A stretch of DNA of 64,000 nucleotides from a virus (Duplodnaviria; Caudoviricetes). The stretch covers positions 992 to 64,991 of the IMG/VR virus record IMGVR_UViG_3300013297_000004. One strand, 5' to 3'. Positions 27,809 to 35,900 of this stretch are shown here, one piece after another. Below the pieces are notes generated by a model that did no database searches, was not told where the DNA came from, and worked only from the letters and a program-made list of their open reading frames with translations. The first letter of the stretch is position 1. The number at the start of each line of letters is the position of its first letter. A program made the translations under genes and the position numbers.

Positions 27809-28028
27809 TGGCCTGTCCTTTCTGGAGTACAACCTCGTACTTGTCGGGCGGCACACTGAGCATCAGGGTGCGACCGTTGTCCCACGCCACGCTGATCTGG
27901 ATGAAGCCCATGGTGCGGAGTTCATTGACGTAGGTGACGACCCCTTCGCAGCCGACCGGGATCGGATCGGGGTCGAACATTTCGAGCAAGCGGATACGCT
28001 TGCCGACCAAGTCTGTTGGATTAACCAT
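27801..28028 (-). CDS. DUF4314-family protein
   Basis: GKRIRLLEMFDPDPIPVGCEGVVTYV...ISVAWDNGRTLML..PPD matches the DUF4314 pattern. Confidence 0.75.
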   Translation of the reverse strand: MVNPTDLVGKRIRLLEMFDPDPIPVGCEGVVTYVNELRTMGFIQISVAWDNGRTLMLSVPPDKYEVVLQKGQANG

Positions 28029-28230
28029 CGACGATCCTCGCGTTGCTAACCTGAGAGCCTTTGATGCGGTGGACGAGCGTGTCGCCCAACCGCATGCACA
28101 TGCGCACCCACGTCCCCCTGAAATACTCCTCGTCAGCGGGCAGGATTTGATCGAGGTGCTGCATCCTGCACCATCGTTGGTACATGACCTGTAGCTCGAT
28201 GGCCCAATGCAGTTCACTTATCCAGTGCAT
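28021..28230 (-). CDS. hypothetical protein
   Basis: AGGAGG SD, coupled. Confidence 0.5.
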   Translation of the reverse strand: MHWISELHWAIELQVMYQRWCRMQHLDQILPADEEYFRGTWVRMCMRLGDTLVHRIKGSQVSNARIVDG

Positions 28231-28424
28231 CAGTTCCTCCTGAGCCTGACATTGCTCGCACGCTCGATGCCCTCCAATGAGTTGGCGATGCGGACCAGAC
28301 TGATCGCCACCGAGGTCAGCAACGCTGCCTCGGGGTTGACGTGTGCAGCGAAGTCATAGACCCCCGCTTCAAGCCTGTGCTGCAGCAACTCACGCAGCTT
28401 GATTTCGTCATCGTTATCTGCCAT
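28230..28424 (-). CDS. hypothetical protein
   Basis: MADNDDEIK..., SD right after palindrome copy 28444. Confidence 0.55.
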   Translation of the reverse strand: MADNDDEIKLRELLQHRLEAGVYDFAAHVNPEAALLTSVAISLVRIANSLEGIERASNVRLRRN

Positions 28425-28443
28425 TTGACATTCCCTTCCTAAG

Positions 28444-28460
28444 TTACGCCCGGGGCGTAT
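28444..28460. repeat. 17-bp palindrome copy before RBS
   Basis: TTACGCCCGGGGCGTAT. Confidence 0.9.
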
Positions 28461-28461
28461 G

Positions 28462-28815
28462 TTATTCGACGTCGCCCTGCTGCACGAGGACACTATGCCG
28501 GGGCAGCTTCTTCTCGCGCTTGGCCTCCTTCCATTCGGCGCGCAACGATTTGCGCATGAAGCGATGCGACACCATCTTGAGCATGGTCGAGCGGATGTGG
28601 CTCATGTCCATCTTGAGGATGTCTTGGTCGCGGGTGCAGGTGACATCGGCGTTCTGCAGTTTGCCGATGTCCTTCTCGATCTTGATGATCTCGCGCCTGA
28701 CGTCCTCCAGCAGGGTGTCGAAGCGCACGATGTAGTAGCCGACGATCACCGCAAGCAGGGTGAACAGGGCCCCCATGATCCACAGGGGATCAACGACCAT
28801 CTCTTTCATTCTCAA
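28462..28815 (-). CDS. membrane-anchored coiled-coil protein
   Basis: N-terminal TM then heptad-like region. Confidence 0.6.
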   Translation of the reverse strand: MRMKEMVVDPLWIMGALFTLLAVIVGYYIVRFDTLLEDVRREIIKIEKDIGKLQNADVTCTRDQDILKMDMSHIRSTMLKMVSHRFMRKSLRAEWKEAKREKKLPRHSVLVQQGDVE

Positions 28816-28967
28816 TCCTCAATTGATGCTCGACCTCCACTGAACGATAGTGGGAGACCAGCAGGTTGACAAGTATAGCCACCGCGAAGCACAGCACGAT
28901 GACGATGATGGTGCGGCGGCCCGATAGCCGCCGCCTTGTTTGTTCGCTCATGCGCATTGCTGAGAGC

Positions 28968-29375
28968 CTAGTACAGCTTGACGGCGCGCGCCGTCGCCAG
29001 CGCGTTGACCAGCAGCATGAAGGTGTCCTCGCTTTGGCGACCGGCGTAGCGTTCGCAGGCTTGGATCAGGGCGAGGTGCGCGGCTCCCTTGGTCGGCAGC
29101 GGACCCTTGGCTTGGCCGCTATCGTCCGTCGTGCGCTTCGCCTTGTCGGGGTCGCCGCCGGATGGCATGACATGCAGCTCGTTCTTGTAGAAGTAGAGGC
29201 GCATGGCCTCGTCCTCGGTCAGCACGCGCTGCTCGCTGTAGGTGCCGGTGTAGACGAACACTTGGCCCGGCTTGAGGTTCGTGATCGACTTCAGGGCGTC
29301 CTGCATTAGGGTGGTGCCCTTGGGATAGTGCGAGCGCACGATGGCGCTCTTGGCAATTGGCTTAGTCATTTTCAT
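28968..29375 (-). CDS. hypothetical protein
   Basis: 135-aa ORF with AAGGA SD. Confidence 0.6.
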   Translation of the reverse strand: MKMTKPIAKSAIVRSHYPKGTTLMQDALKSITNLKPGQVFVYTGTYSEQRVLTEDEAMRLYFYKNELHVMPSGGDPDKAKRTTDDSGQAKGPLPTKGAAHLALIQACERYAGRQSEDTFMLLVNALATARAVKLY

Positions 29376-29383
29376 TATCCTTC

Positions 29384-29656
29384 TTACTTACGGTTATCGC
29401 GGATCACTACACCGGGGATACGGTGCTTGGCGAGATTGACGTCGTCTAGCCAGCCTTCTGGCATCTCGTCGATGTCGGCAGGGAAGCCTTGCTTGGCCCA
29501 GCGATTGGCGACCCGGTAGGCCGCTTCGCGGGTGGTGAGGTAGGCTTCGCGATGGACCACGGTGCGGTCGCCGTTCGGCTTGATGTCGGGTAGCTCGACG
29601 GTGACGCGCCACCTGTTGTTGGTCGGCTCGCCACGCATCACGATTTTGACTGACAT
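29384..29656 (-). CDS. hypothetical protein
   Basis: MSVKIVMRG..., AGGAG SD. Confidence 0.6.
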   Translation of the reverse strand: MSVKIVMRGEPTNNRWRVTVELPDIKPNGDRTVVHREAYLTTREAAYRVANRWAKQGFPADIDEMPEGWLDDVNLAKHRIPGVVIRDNRK

Positions 29657-29783
29657 AGTTCGTCTCCTGTTGCTGGTAAAAAGGACGACGCGCACCGATG
29701 AGGGTCAATGCGCGCCGCCAAGTTACCGCTGGTCCCTGCCTCCGCGGATCAGGGTGCACAGCGGGTTAGTGACCGCTCGGGAA

Positions 29784-29800
29784 TTACGCCCCGGGCGGAA
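29784..29800. repeat. 17-bp palindrome copy
   Basis: TTACGCCCCGGGCGGAA. Confidence 0.9.
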
Positions 29801-30059
29801 TGGGGTAGCGTCGAATTCTGAGAGCCGATTTAGCGGACACCCCCTGACATCATCTGCTGCCACGTCGGCAGCAAGAGAGGGGCAGGGTCGGCGCTGAGCC
29901 AGCCTAGCCACCACAGCAGGCCGACGATGAATAGGATCGAGCTGAGGAACAGGGTCAGCACGGCACCGAACAAGACCAACTCGTCGTTGGTCCGGCGGCA
30001 GCCATTTAATCCTTCGACCCAGCCCAAGGCCGAGATCGCCATCACGAGTGTTGCGACGC

Positions 30060-30269
30060 TTAGCATTTAAGTCTCCTGTGTAAGGTGAGGCAGATAGTGC
30101 AATCGACCTTGTCGAGGTCGGTAGTCTTGAACACAGCGTGCGGATGATTACACAGCACGTTGGTGTAGCGTGGGTCAGTTAATAGATGGCGCTTAATTCC
30201 TTTCTTAATTCGGATGGCTTCTAAGTGCGCTTGGGCCGCTGCTATTTTAGCGTCGTTGTCATCGGGCAT
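30060..30269 (-). CDS. small hypothetical protein (possible Zn-binding)
   Basis: GAGGAGG SD; H..LCNH...VDCTIC. Confidence 0.55.
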   Translation of the reverse strand: MPDDNDAKIAAAQAHLEAIRIKKGIKRHLLTDPRYTNVLCNHPHAVFKTTDLDKVDCTICLTLHRRLKC

Positions 30270-30280
30270 TTAATCCTCCT

Positions 30281-30576
30281 CTTGTGTGCGCTTGTGTCAT
30301 TTAATAATCGCCTTGTGTCGAGGCGGTTTAGTCAACGGCATCAACGAGTTGACGCTTCTGTCTTTGTGTCTGGCCAAAAACGCACTCCCTTCCTAGATTT
30401 AATTAAGGGGGGGGAGGGGGCCTTAATGTCCCCCCTATTTTTTCTCCCTTAACCTCTCTATCTCTAAACAGAGAGACATTAAGGACACAAGCAAAAAGGA
30501 CAGTAGATACAAGGACTTATAAATCACTCTTGTGTCTTTTGCCGTTAGGACACAAGCGGACACAAAGGACACAAGC
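30281..30576. repeat. cluster of GACACAA(G) octamers in both orientations in an AT-rich non-coding region; candidate replication origin
   Basis: Reverse copies at 30281 (variant), 30291, 30312, 30363 (variant), 30529; forward copies at 30484, 30549, 30559 (variant), 30568. Confidence 0.65.
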
Positions 30577-30687
30577 ATAATTAAATCCTTGCCGTGAGTG
30601 TATACACTCCGGTGCAGCGCGCCATGGCCCGCCCATCACATGTAGTTTCTGAGAGCCCCGCGCTTGCGGCGCGGCTGCCGCCCCTAA

Positions 30688-30722
30688 TTACGCGCGACGC
30701 GTAACTTACGCCCGGGGCGGAA
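30688..30722. repeat. tandem pair of palindrome copies
   Basis: TTACGCGCGACGCGTAA-C-TTACGCCCGGGGCGGAA. Confidence 0.9.
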
Positions 30723-30796
30723 CCCACGAACCAGATACGACAAGACCCCGAACGGGAATTCGGGGTCGTTCGCCAGTCATTTGCCAGTTACAAGGT

Positions 30797-30832
30797 AAAA
30801 AGGGGGAGCGGCGATTTCTCGCCGCTCCCCCT
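30797..30832 (-). terminator. intrinsic terminator of 30848-31552 gene
   Basis: 14-bp stem AGGGGGAGCGGCGA/TCGCCGCTCCCCCT, GAAA loop on minus strand, followed by TTTT. Confidence 0.8.
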
Positions 30833-30847
30833 CTGGACGTCGCCGAT

Positions 30848-31552
30848 TTACTCGGCGTCCACTTCTTCCTTCGCCGCCTTGCGAGCCTTGACGATGTTCT
30901 TCGCCAGCGGCTTCGCCTGCTCGGCGGCCTTGATCATGGCCACGATGAACTGATTGCCCTTGTCATCGGACCACCACTTCTTCAAGCCCTTCACCTGCCG
31001 CAGCACGCTCATGAGCGTGCGCTCGCCGTTCGTCACGATGATCGGCGCGTTCGTGTTCTTGCCGTTCTTGTGACCGCCCGCGCCGCGACGCTGCAGCTTG
31101 CGCTCGTTCAGCTTGCGCATGATCGCGTCGCGTGACGGCGCGGCCTTCGCGTTCTTCTTCGCGTCGCCCTTCACCTTTTCGCGAACGAACTTGCTCACGA
31201 CCTTGAGCATCTCGCGGTTCACGTCCATGCCCTTGAAGTAGTCGAACACTGTCGGCCAGCACGCGTACTCGCTGAGCCGCAGTATCGACTTGAACTCCGA
31301 GATGCGCGACGCCTTCAACGTCGCGACCTTGCGCGGATCGTGTGCGAGCGTGCGAGCCTTCTGCAGCTTCGCGTTGATCGCGGTCAAGATCGCGCGAGCG
31401 TTGTCCGGCGAAGCGTGACCGTTCCAGCACGCCTCGACGAACGCGCGGCAAGCGGCGAGCGTGCCCTTGCCTTCCGCCATGGTCGCGTTGACTTGCAAGT
31501 CAATCGCCTTGCCAACGGGACCGTTCGTGTAGTTCACCTTAATCGCAGCCAT
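30848..31552 (-). CDS. Lys/Ala-rich basic protein, first gene of leftward arm
   Basis: Start re-assigned to ATG 31552 (GAGGAG SD); own terminator; two palindromes upstream. Confidence 0.75.
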   Translation of the reverse strand: MAAIKVNYTNGPVGKAIDLQVNATMAEGKGTLAACRAFVEACWNGHASPDNARAILTAINAKLQKARTLAHDPRKVATLKASRISEFKSILRLSEYACWPTVFDYFKGMDVNREMLKVVSKFVREKVKGDAKKNAKAAPSRDAIMRKLNERKLQRRGAGGHKNGKNTNAPIIVTNGERTLMSVLRQVKGLKKWWSDDKGNQFIVAMIKAAEQAKPLAKNIVKARKAAKEEVDAE

Positions 31553-31566
31553 ATCACATCTCCTCA

Positions 31567-31583
31567 TTACGCCCGGGGCGGAA
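31567..31583. repeat. 17-bp palindrome copy directly before RBS of 30848-31552 gene
   Basis: TTACGCCCGGGGCGGAA. Confidence 0.9.
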
Positions 31584-31649
31584 CCGCTCGGGCTTTCAAC
31601 GGGCACGCCGATTGGCGTCCCTACTATAGGGGGGGACAGTCCAGCGGAT

Positions 31650-31666
31650 TTACGCCCGGGGCGTAC
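31650..31666. repeat. 17-bp palindrome copy in divergent control region
   Basis: TTACGCCCGGGGCGTAC. Confidence 0.9.
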
Positions 31667-31815
31667 AGCGCGGCAGCTGCTATCGCGGAGGCTCGATGGC
31701 CCGGCCCGGCCCACCCCCATCTGGACAGGGCGGGGCCCCCCCATGGCCGCGTTTATCCGTTTCGGAAATATCGGTTCCAAAAATCCCAGTACCGTACATT
31801 GGGAACTATTCCCAC

Positions 31816-31844
31816 TTGACATCCCCGTTCCAACCCTCTAACTC
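31816..31844 (+). promoter_or_regulatory. candidate sigma70-like promoter of rightward block
   Basis: TTGACA-N17-TAACTC 9 bp before ATG 31854 (near-leaderless). Confidence 0.4.
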
Positions 31845-31853
31845 CCCCGCACT

Positions 31854-32456
31854 ATGACCGAACCCTCCCGTTCCCCTCTCGCTTGGCCTTTGGGCTGGCC
31901 GCGCACCGAGCAGCGGCGGGCCTCGAATTTCAAGAGCAACCGCAGGGACATTACGATCTCGGCGGCCTGCACCCGGCTGGAGAACGAGCTGGAGCGATTG
32001 GGCGCGACCGAGCCCCTGCTGTCAGCCAACCTCAAGCTGAGCCTGTCGGGCGTGCCGTACTCGGGACAGGCCGAGCCGAAGGACACCGGGGTTGCGATCT
32101 ATTTCAAGCTGAACGGGCAGGATCGGGTGCTGGCGTGTGATCGGTACTTCTCGTGTGCAGGCAATATCGCCGCCATCGCCAACCACATCGACGCCCTTCG
32201 GCGCATCGAACGCTACGGCGTTGGCTCCATCGAGCAGGCGTTCGCGGGTTACGCCGCGCTGCCTCCCCCGAACGCCGAGAACCGACCGCCGTGGCGCAGC
32301 ATCTTCGGCATCCACCCGACGGCGACGGTCACGCCGGACGACGTCAACTTCGTTTACCGCGCCCGCGCCAAGAAGGTCGCGACCAACGAGCATGCGCTGC
32401 GCGACCTCAATCTCGCGCGGGACGCGGCACTACAGGAGCTGGGAGCAACACGATGA
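31854..32456 (+). CDS. phage J-domain-associated protein (degenerate J domain)
   Basis: PLAWPLGWPRT...DTGVAIYF...LACDRY...NIAAIA..IDALR.IERYG...AFAGYAALP family; C-terminal J-like helices without HPD. Confidence 0.75.
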   Translation: MTEPSRSPLAWPLGWPRTEQRRASNFKSNRRDITISAACTRLENELERLGATEPLLSANLKLSLSGVPYSGQAEPKDTGVAIYFKLNGQDRVLACDRYFSCAGNIAAIANHIDALRRIERYGVGSIEQAFAGYAALPPPNAENRPPWRSIFGIHPTATVTPDDVNFVYRARAKKVATNEHALRDLNLARDAALQELGATR

Positions 32457-32998
32457 TGTACAGGGAACCAGACGCCATCCCGCTGACGGCAGGGGTGTTC
32501 GCGCTGGTCAACAAGAAGCGCCGGTTCGCCTATGTCAGCTACACCGGCAACCTGCAGAAGCGGTCCCACAGCATGAGCCACATGCTGCTGGCGCACGACA
32601 GCGACGGCAAGGTCTACTGGCCGATCCGCGAGCTGCCCAAGCATCCGTCCGACGAGTTCACGTTCAGGGTAATGTGGACCGCCAACGGGCGCGGGGTCAG
32701 CGCGAACGAGCCTTTGGAACAAGTCGCGAAGGCGCAGCGCAAGTACATGAGCAAGGGCTACCGCATTATCGGAGGTCAACGCGCGCAGTCGCCCATGGTC
32801 ACGGTCAAGGGCAAGCGCATGACCCTGACGGATGCGGTGCGCCAGTACCCCAAGGTCAAGTACCTCACCGCCTACCGGCGTCTCGAACGCGGCTGGACGG
32901 TCGAGGCGGCGTTGGGCCTTGAACCGCCCGCTCCGCGTTGGCATCTCGGTAGACAGGCCGAACGCAAGGCGCGCGAGGCTGAGCGCGCGGCGGCATGA
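32453..32998 (+). CDS. GIY-YIG-like endonuclease with C-terminal HTH
   Basis: GVFALVN..RFAYVSYTGNLQKR (degenerate GIY-YIG) and GKRMTLTD...RRLERGWTVEAAL. Confidence 0.6.
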   Translation: MMYREPDAIPLTAGVFALVNKKRRFAYVSYTGNLQKRSHSMSHMLLAHDSDGKVYWPIRELPKHPSDEFTFRVMWTANGRGVSANEPLEQVAKAQRKYMSKGYRIIGGQRAQSPMVTVKGKRMTLTDAVRQYPKVKYLTAYRRLERGWTVEAALGLEPPAPRWHLGRQAERKAREAERAAA

Positions 32999-32999
32999 C

Positions 33000-33016
33000 T
33001 TACGCCCCGGGCGTAA
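33000..33016. repeat. 17-bp palindrome copy (perfect) upstream of Tad2-family gene
   Basis: TTACGCCCCGGGCGTAA. Confidence 0.95.
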
Positions 33017-33044
33017 CTAACATCAATCGAAAAGGAGACGTGAT

Positions 33045-33374
33045 ATGGAAGGACCAACGCAGGATCGAGGTATGATCGGTTGGGCGATCAAGCAGATATT
33101 CAACGGCAGCAAGGTCAAGCGCCGGATGTGGGCCAACCTCCAGTGGATCGCCTACGTCCCCAAGGGTGCCGTCCAGATACCTCACAAGTACGCCGACGGG
33201 AACAACACCGGACCGTTCCTCGTCAGCCTGACCAAGGAAGGCGTGCTGATGCCGTGGATCGCCTCGCAGGGCGACCTGCTGGCTAACGACTGGGAAGTGG
33301 TGAGCCAGCGTCCTGCTCACGACTATGACGAACCGCGCAACGAACAACCTGTCGCGCAGTTGTCGGAGCCGTAG
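33045..33374 (+). CDS. DUF2829 / Thoeris anti-defence Tad2-family protein
   Basis: GWAIKQI.NGSKVKRRMW...PWIASQGDLLANDWEVV = DUF2829 signature. Confidence 0.8.
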   Translation: MEGPTQDRGMIGWAIKQIFNGSKVKRRMWANLQWIAYVPKGAVQIPHKYADGNNTGPFLVSLTKEGVLMPWIASQGDLLANDWEVVSQRPAHDYDEPRNEQPVAQLSEP

Positions 33375-33398
33375 TCACAGTGTAGGGAGGGAGCCGCC

Positions 33399-33707
33399 AT
33401 GACCGACAAACCCACAGTGAACGGCGGCCCCTCCTTCCTCAAGCCGCAGATGGTCGACCCCTATGCGATGTCGGACGACGCGCTGCGCCGGATGGACCAC
33501 GACAAGTGGATCGGCACTTTCGCCCGCGTGCTGGAGGTCGAGCTGCCCAACCACGGTCGGCCGATGACGCCGTTCCGGGCGGGCGCGATCACCCGGCTCA
33601 AGCTGGCCCAGCGATACATCCGTCTGCTGCAGCACGATCTGCAGGCTGCCGAGCAGCGCATCAAGGACGGACCCCAGACTATCGAAGACGTCCTCGAAGG
33701 CCGCTAG
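33399..33707 (+). CDS. hypothetical protein
   Basis: GGAGGAG SD. Confidence 0.6.
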   Translation: MTDKPTVNGGPSFLKPQMVDPYAMSDDALRRMDHDKWIGTFARVLEVELPNHGRPMTPFRAGAITRLKLAQRYIRLLQHDLQAAEQRIKDGPQTIEDVLEGR

Positions 33708-33716
33708 GAGAACGCC

Positions 33717-34865
33717 ATGGTGCCTCCCTACAAGCTGATCGACCAAGCGACCGGCGAGGTCGCCACCGGACCGAACGGCGAGCCGTGGCAGGACATGGAC
33801 GTCGAGCCCGGCGAGCAGATGGAGTTGTACGACACCACCACGCTGCCGTGGTCGCGCGTCTCTCCCTCGGTGCTGGTCAGACCCGACGATCCGCCCGATC
33901 CCAACCCTGAACCGACACCGCCGTCAGGAGACGCCATGGACTACCCCAAGACCGAGAGCGAGCTGCGGCAGGTCCTGCAGAGCTACCACGACAACAACTT
34001 CGTCGGCATGCTCGATCCGCGTACCAAGATCGACATCACCAGCACCATCGAGATCGAGACCAAGATCACCAGCAGCGCGCCGTGGGGCGTCAATGGCAAC
34101 TACGCCAAGCTGAACTTCAAGGGCAGCGGTGAGGACGTGCTGCGCTTCAAGGGCGCGCAGGGCGTCAACAATCGCGGGCTCACCGTCAAGAACCTCGTGA
34201 TCGACGGCGGCGACACCGGCAACATGAGCGGCGGCGGTGGCGCGGCCTGCCTCAACCTCAGCGCACCGCTCGGCGACAATGGGCCGATCTATCGCTTCCA
34301 TCTGGAGAACCTGTTCCTCTCCGGCGCGGTCAACGGGCTGATCATCGAGGGCGGCGTGTACGAGGGCGAGCTGCGCGGCATGTACGTCGAGAACTGCACC
34401 GGCGACGGCGTGATCCTGCGCCACCTGCCCAACATCGAGGGGGCCAAGAACCCGGTCGTCTCCAACGTGCTGATGTGGCACATCAACTCCAGTCGCAACT
34501 ACGGCGCGGGCATCCGCACGGTCTACTCGGTCTACCTGTTCGGCGGCAGCTTCATCCTCAACGGCGGTGGCGGCGTGGTCGCACCCGACGGCATCCGGGG
34601 CGCGTGGGGCTGCAACGGCGAGAACACGGGCGGCGAGAACCAGTGCGTCTTCGACGTCCCCTCCAACGGCTATGGCTCGTTCATCGAGGGCGGCGAGGCG
34701 TCGAGCGACGGCGTCACGCTCTGCCGCAAGTGGAACGGCAGTGCGTGGGAGGACGTCGGCAAGCCGCTGCTCTACTACATCAACATGGGGCAGGGCGTCA
34801 TTCAGGAGGCCAACCACTGCTCGTACTACGGTGCGGGCGGCAACCCCATGAGGGTCGTGAAATGA
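33717..34865 (+). CDS. right-handed beta-helix (pectate-lyase-like) protein
   Basis: Repeated GLTVKNLVIDG, FHLENLFLSG, LRGMYVENCTGDGV, NSSRNYGAGI coils; Pro-rich linker after N-terminal module. Confidence 0.65.
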   Translation: MVPPYKLIDQATGEVATGPNGEPWQDMDVEPGEQMELYDTTTLPWSRVSPSVLVRPDDPPDPNPEPTPPSGDAMDYPKTESELRQVLQSYHDNNFVGMLDPRTKIDITSTIEIETKITSSAPWGVNGNYAKLNFKGSGEDVLRFKGAQGVNNRGLTVKNLVIDGGDTGNMSGGGGAACLNLSAPLGDNGPIYRFHLENLFLSGAVNGLIIEGGVYEGELRGMYVENCTGDGVILRHLPNIEGAKNPVVSNVLMWHINSSRNYGAGIRTVYSVYLFGGSFILNGGGGVVAPDGIRGAWGCNGENTGGENQCVFDVPSNGYGSFIEGGEASSDGVTLCRKWNGSAWEDVGKPLLYYINMGQGVIQEANHCSYYGAGGNPMRVVK

Positions 34866-35062
34866 CCGACCAATTGCTCCAGTTCTTCGTCTGGGAACAT
34901 CTCAAGCCCGAGCTGCAGGAAGTCTCCAAGCCGTTCGGCATGCTCGCCCTCAAGATCGTCGAGACCTTGCCGCGCAACCCCGAGCGCACGGTCGCGCTGC
35001 GCAAATTGCTGGAGGCCAAGGACTGCGCGGTGCGCGCCCTGCTGTGGAAGGAAGGACCGTGA
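34862..35062 (+). CDS. conserved small helical-hairpin phage protein (Acb2/Tad1-hairpin-like)
   Basis: LLQFF.WEHL...LQEVSKPF..LA..IVETLPRNPERTVALRKLLEAKDCAVRA; start re-assigned to ATG 34862. Confidence 0.65.
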   Translation: MTDQLLQFFVWEHLKPELQEVSKPFGMLALKIVETLPRNPERTVALRKLLEAKDCAVRALLWKEGP

Positions 35063-35343
35063 GCGACCCCTCTGCGCCAAAGGTCGTTGGCCTGCGCGGC
35101 ACCCCGGTCAACTCGACGCCCGGCGAGACCGATCCGGCGATGGTCGAGTTCATCGAGGACCTGCTGCGTCGGGCCAAGGAGGGCAAGATCATGGGGCTGG
35201 CGGGTGCCTTCATGATGGATAACAAAGAGCCTGCTTTGTACAGCTCGACTTTCCTGTTCGCTGAAATGAACTGCCACAACGCCCTGCTCGGCCTCGTCGA
35301 GATCGTCAAGCACCGAATGGCGGTGAAAATTCTGGAGGACTAG
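35059..35343 (+). CDS. hypothetical protein
   Basis: GTG start coupled to previous stop. Confidence 0.6.
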   Translation: MSDPSAPKVVGLRGTPVNSTPGETDPAMVEFIEDLLRRAKEGKIMGLAGAFMMDNKEPALYSSTFLFAEMNCHNALLGLVEIVKHRMAVKILED

Positions 35344-35345
35344 AC

Positions 35346-35777
35346 ATGACCACCGAAGTCCAAGCCGCGACCTTGCTCTACAGCCAGCTCAAGCCCAAGG
35401 CGCTCGGTGCGTACCGCGACTACATCCTCAAGCGCACCCCGGCCAACCTGCAGGAGGAGATGCCTGCGGTGATCGACACCGACATCTCCAACTCGGCCAG
35501 CGCCGCTGTCGCGCCGGTCGTCGTCGACCCGCCCTACATCTCCCAGACCGGCACGGGCGTCGGCTCGACGCTCGCCTGTACCTTGGGCAACTGGAACGGC
35601 ACGCCGACCTCGCGGACCTATCAGTGGAAGCGCGGTGCGACCAACGTCGGTACCAACTCGCCGTCCTACACCGTGGTCGCGGGCGACATTGGTCAGACGA
35701 TGACCTGCGTCATGACCGCAACCAACGGCTCTGGGACGTCGCCGCCGACGATCTCCAACCCGATCACGGTGACATGA
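35346..35777 (+). CDS. Ig-like domain protein
   Basis: GSTLACTLGNWNGTPTSRTYQWKRG...YTVVAGDIGQTMTCVMTATN. Confidence 0.7.
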   Translation: MTTEVQAATLLYSQLKPKALGAYRDYILKRTPANLQEEMPAVIDTDISNSASAAVAPVVVDPPYISQTGTGVGSTLACTLGNWNGTPTSRTYQWKRGATNVGTNSPSYTVVAGDIGQTMTCVMTATNGSGTSPPTISNPITVT

Positions 35778-35900
35778 CTAGACCCTAATTAGGTACTGCT
35801 TGCGGATGACGTAGGCGGCCACGGCACTACTGGGGTTGATGTAGACAAACCAGCGACGTGCCCACGGTGAACGAAAGCGGAGGAGACTGAAAGGCTGCAT
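35778..35900 (-). CDS. 40-aa ORF coupled to terminase stop
   Basis: TGATG overlap; MQPFSLLRFRSPWARRWFVYINP...; exactly fills the gap between convergent genes. Confidence 0.4.
   Translation of the reverse strand: MQPFSLLRFRSPWARRWFVYINPSSAVAAYVIRKQYLIRV

Noticed and set aside
31690-31815. Physical genome end / pac or cos site at the strand switch (GGGGCCCCCCC, short inverted repeats)
   Set aside because: Plausible by position but cannot be supported without read-terminus data.
35778-35899. Hammerhead-like or other structured RNA (GATGA...GAAA)
   Set aside because: Core reads CGGATGA rather than CTGAnGA and stem II does not close properly. The gap is exactly filled by a 40-aa minus-strand ORF coupled to the terminase stop.
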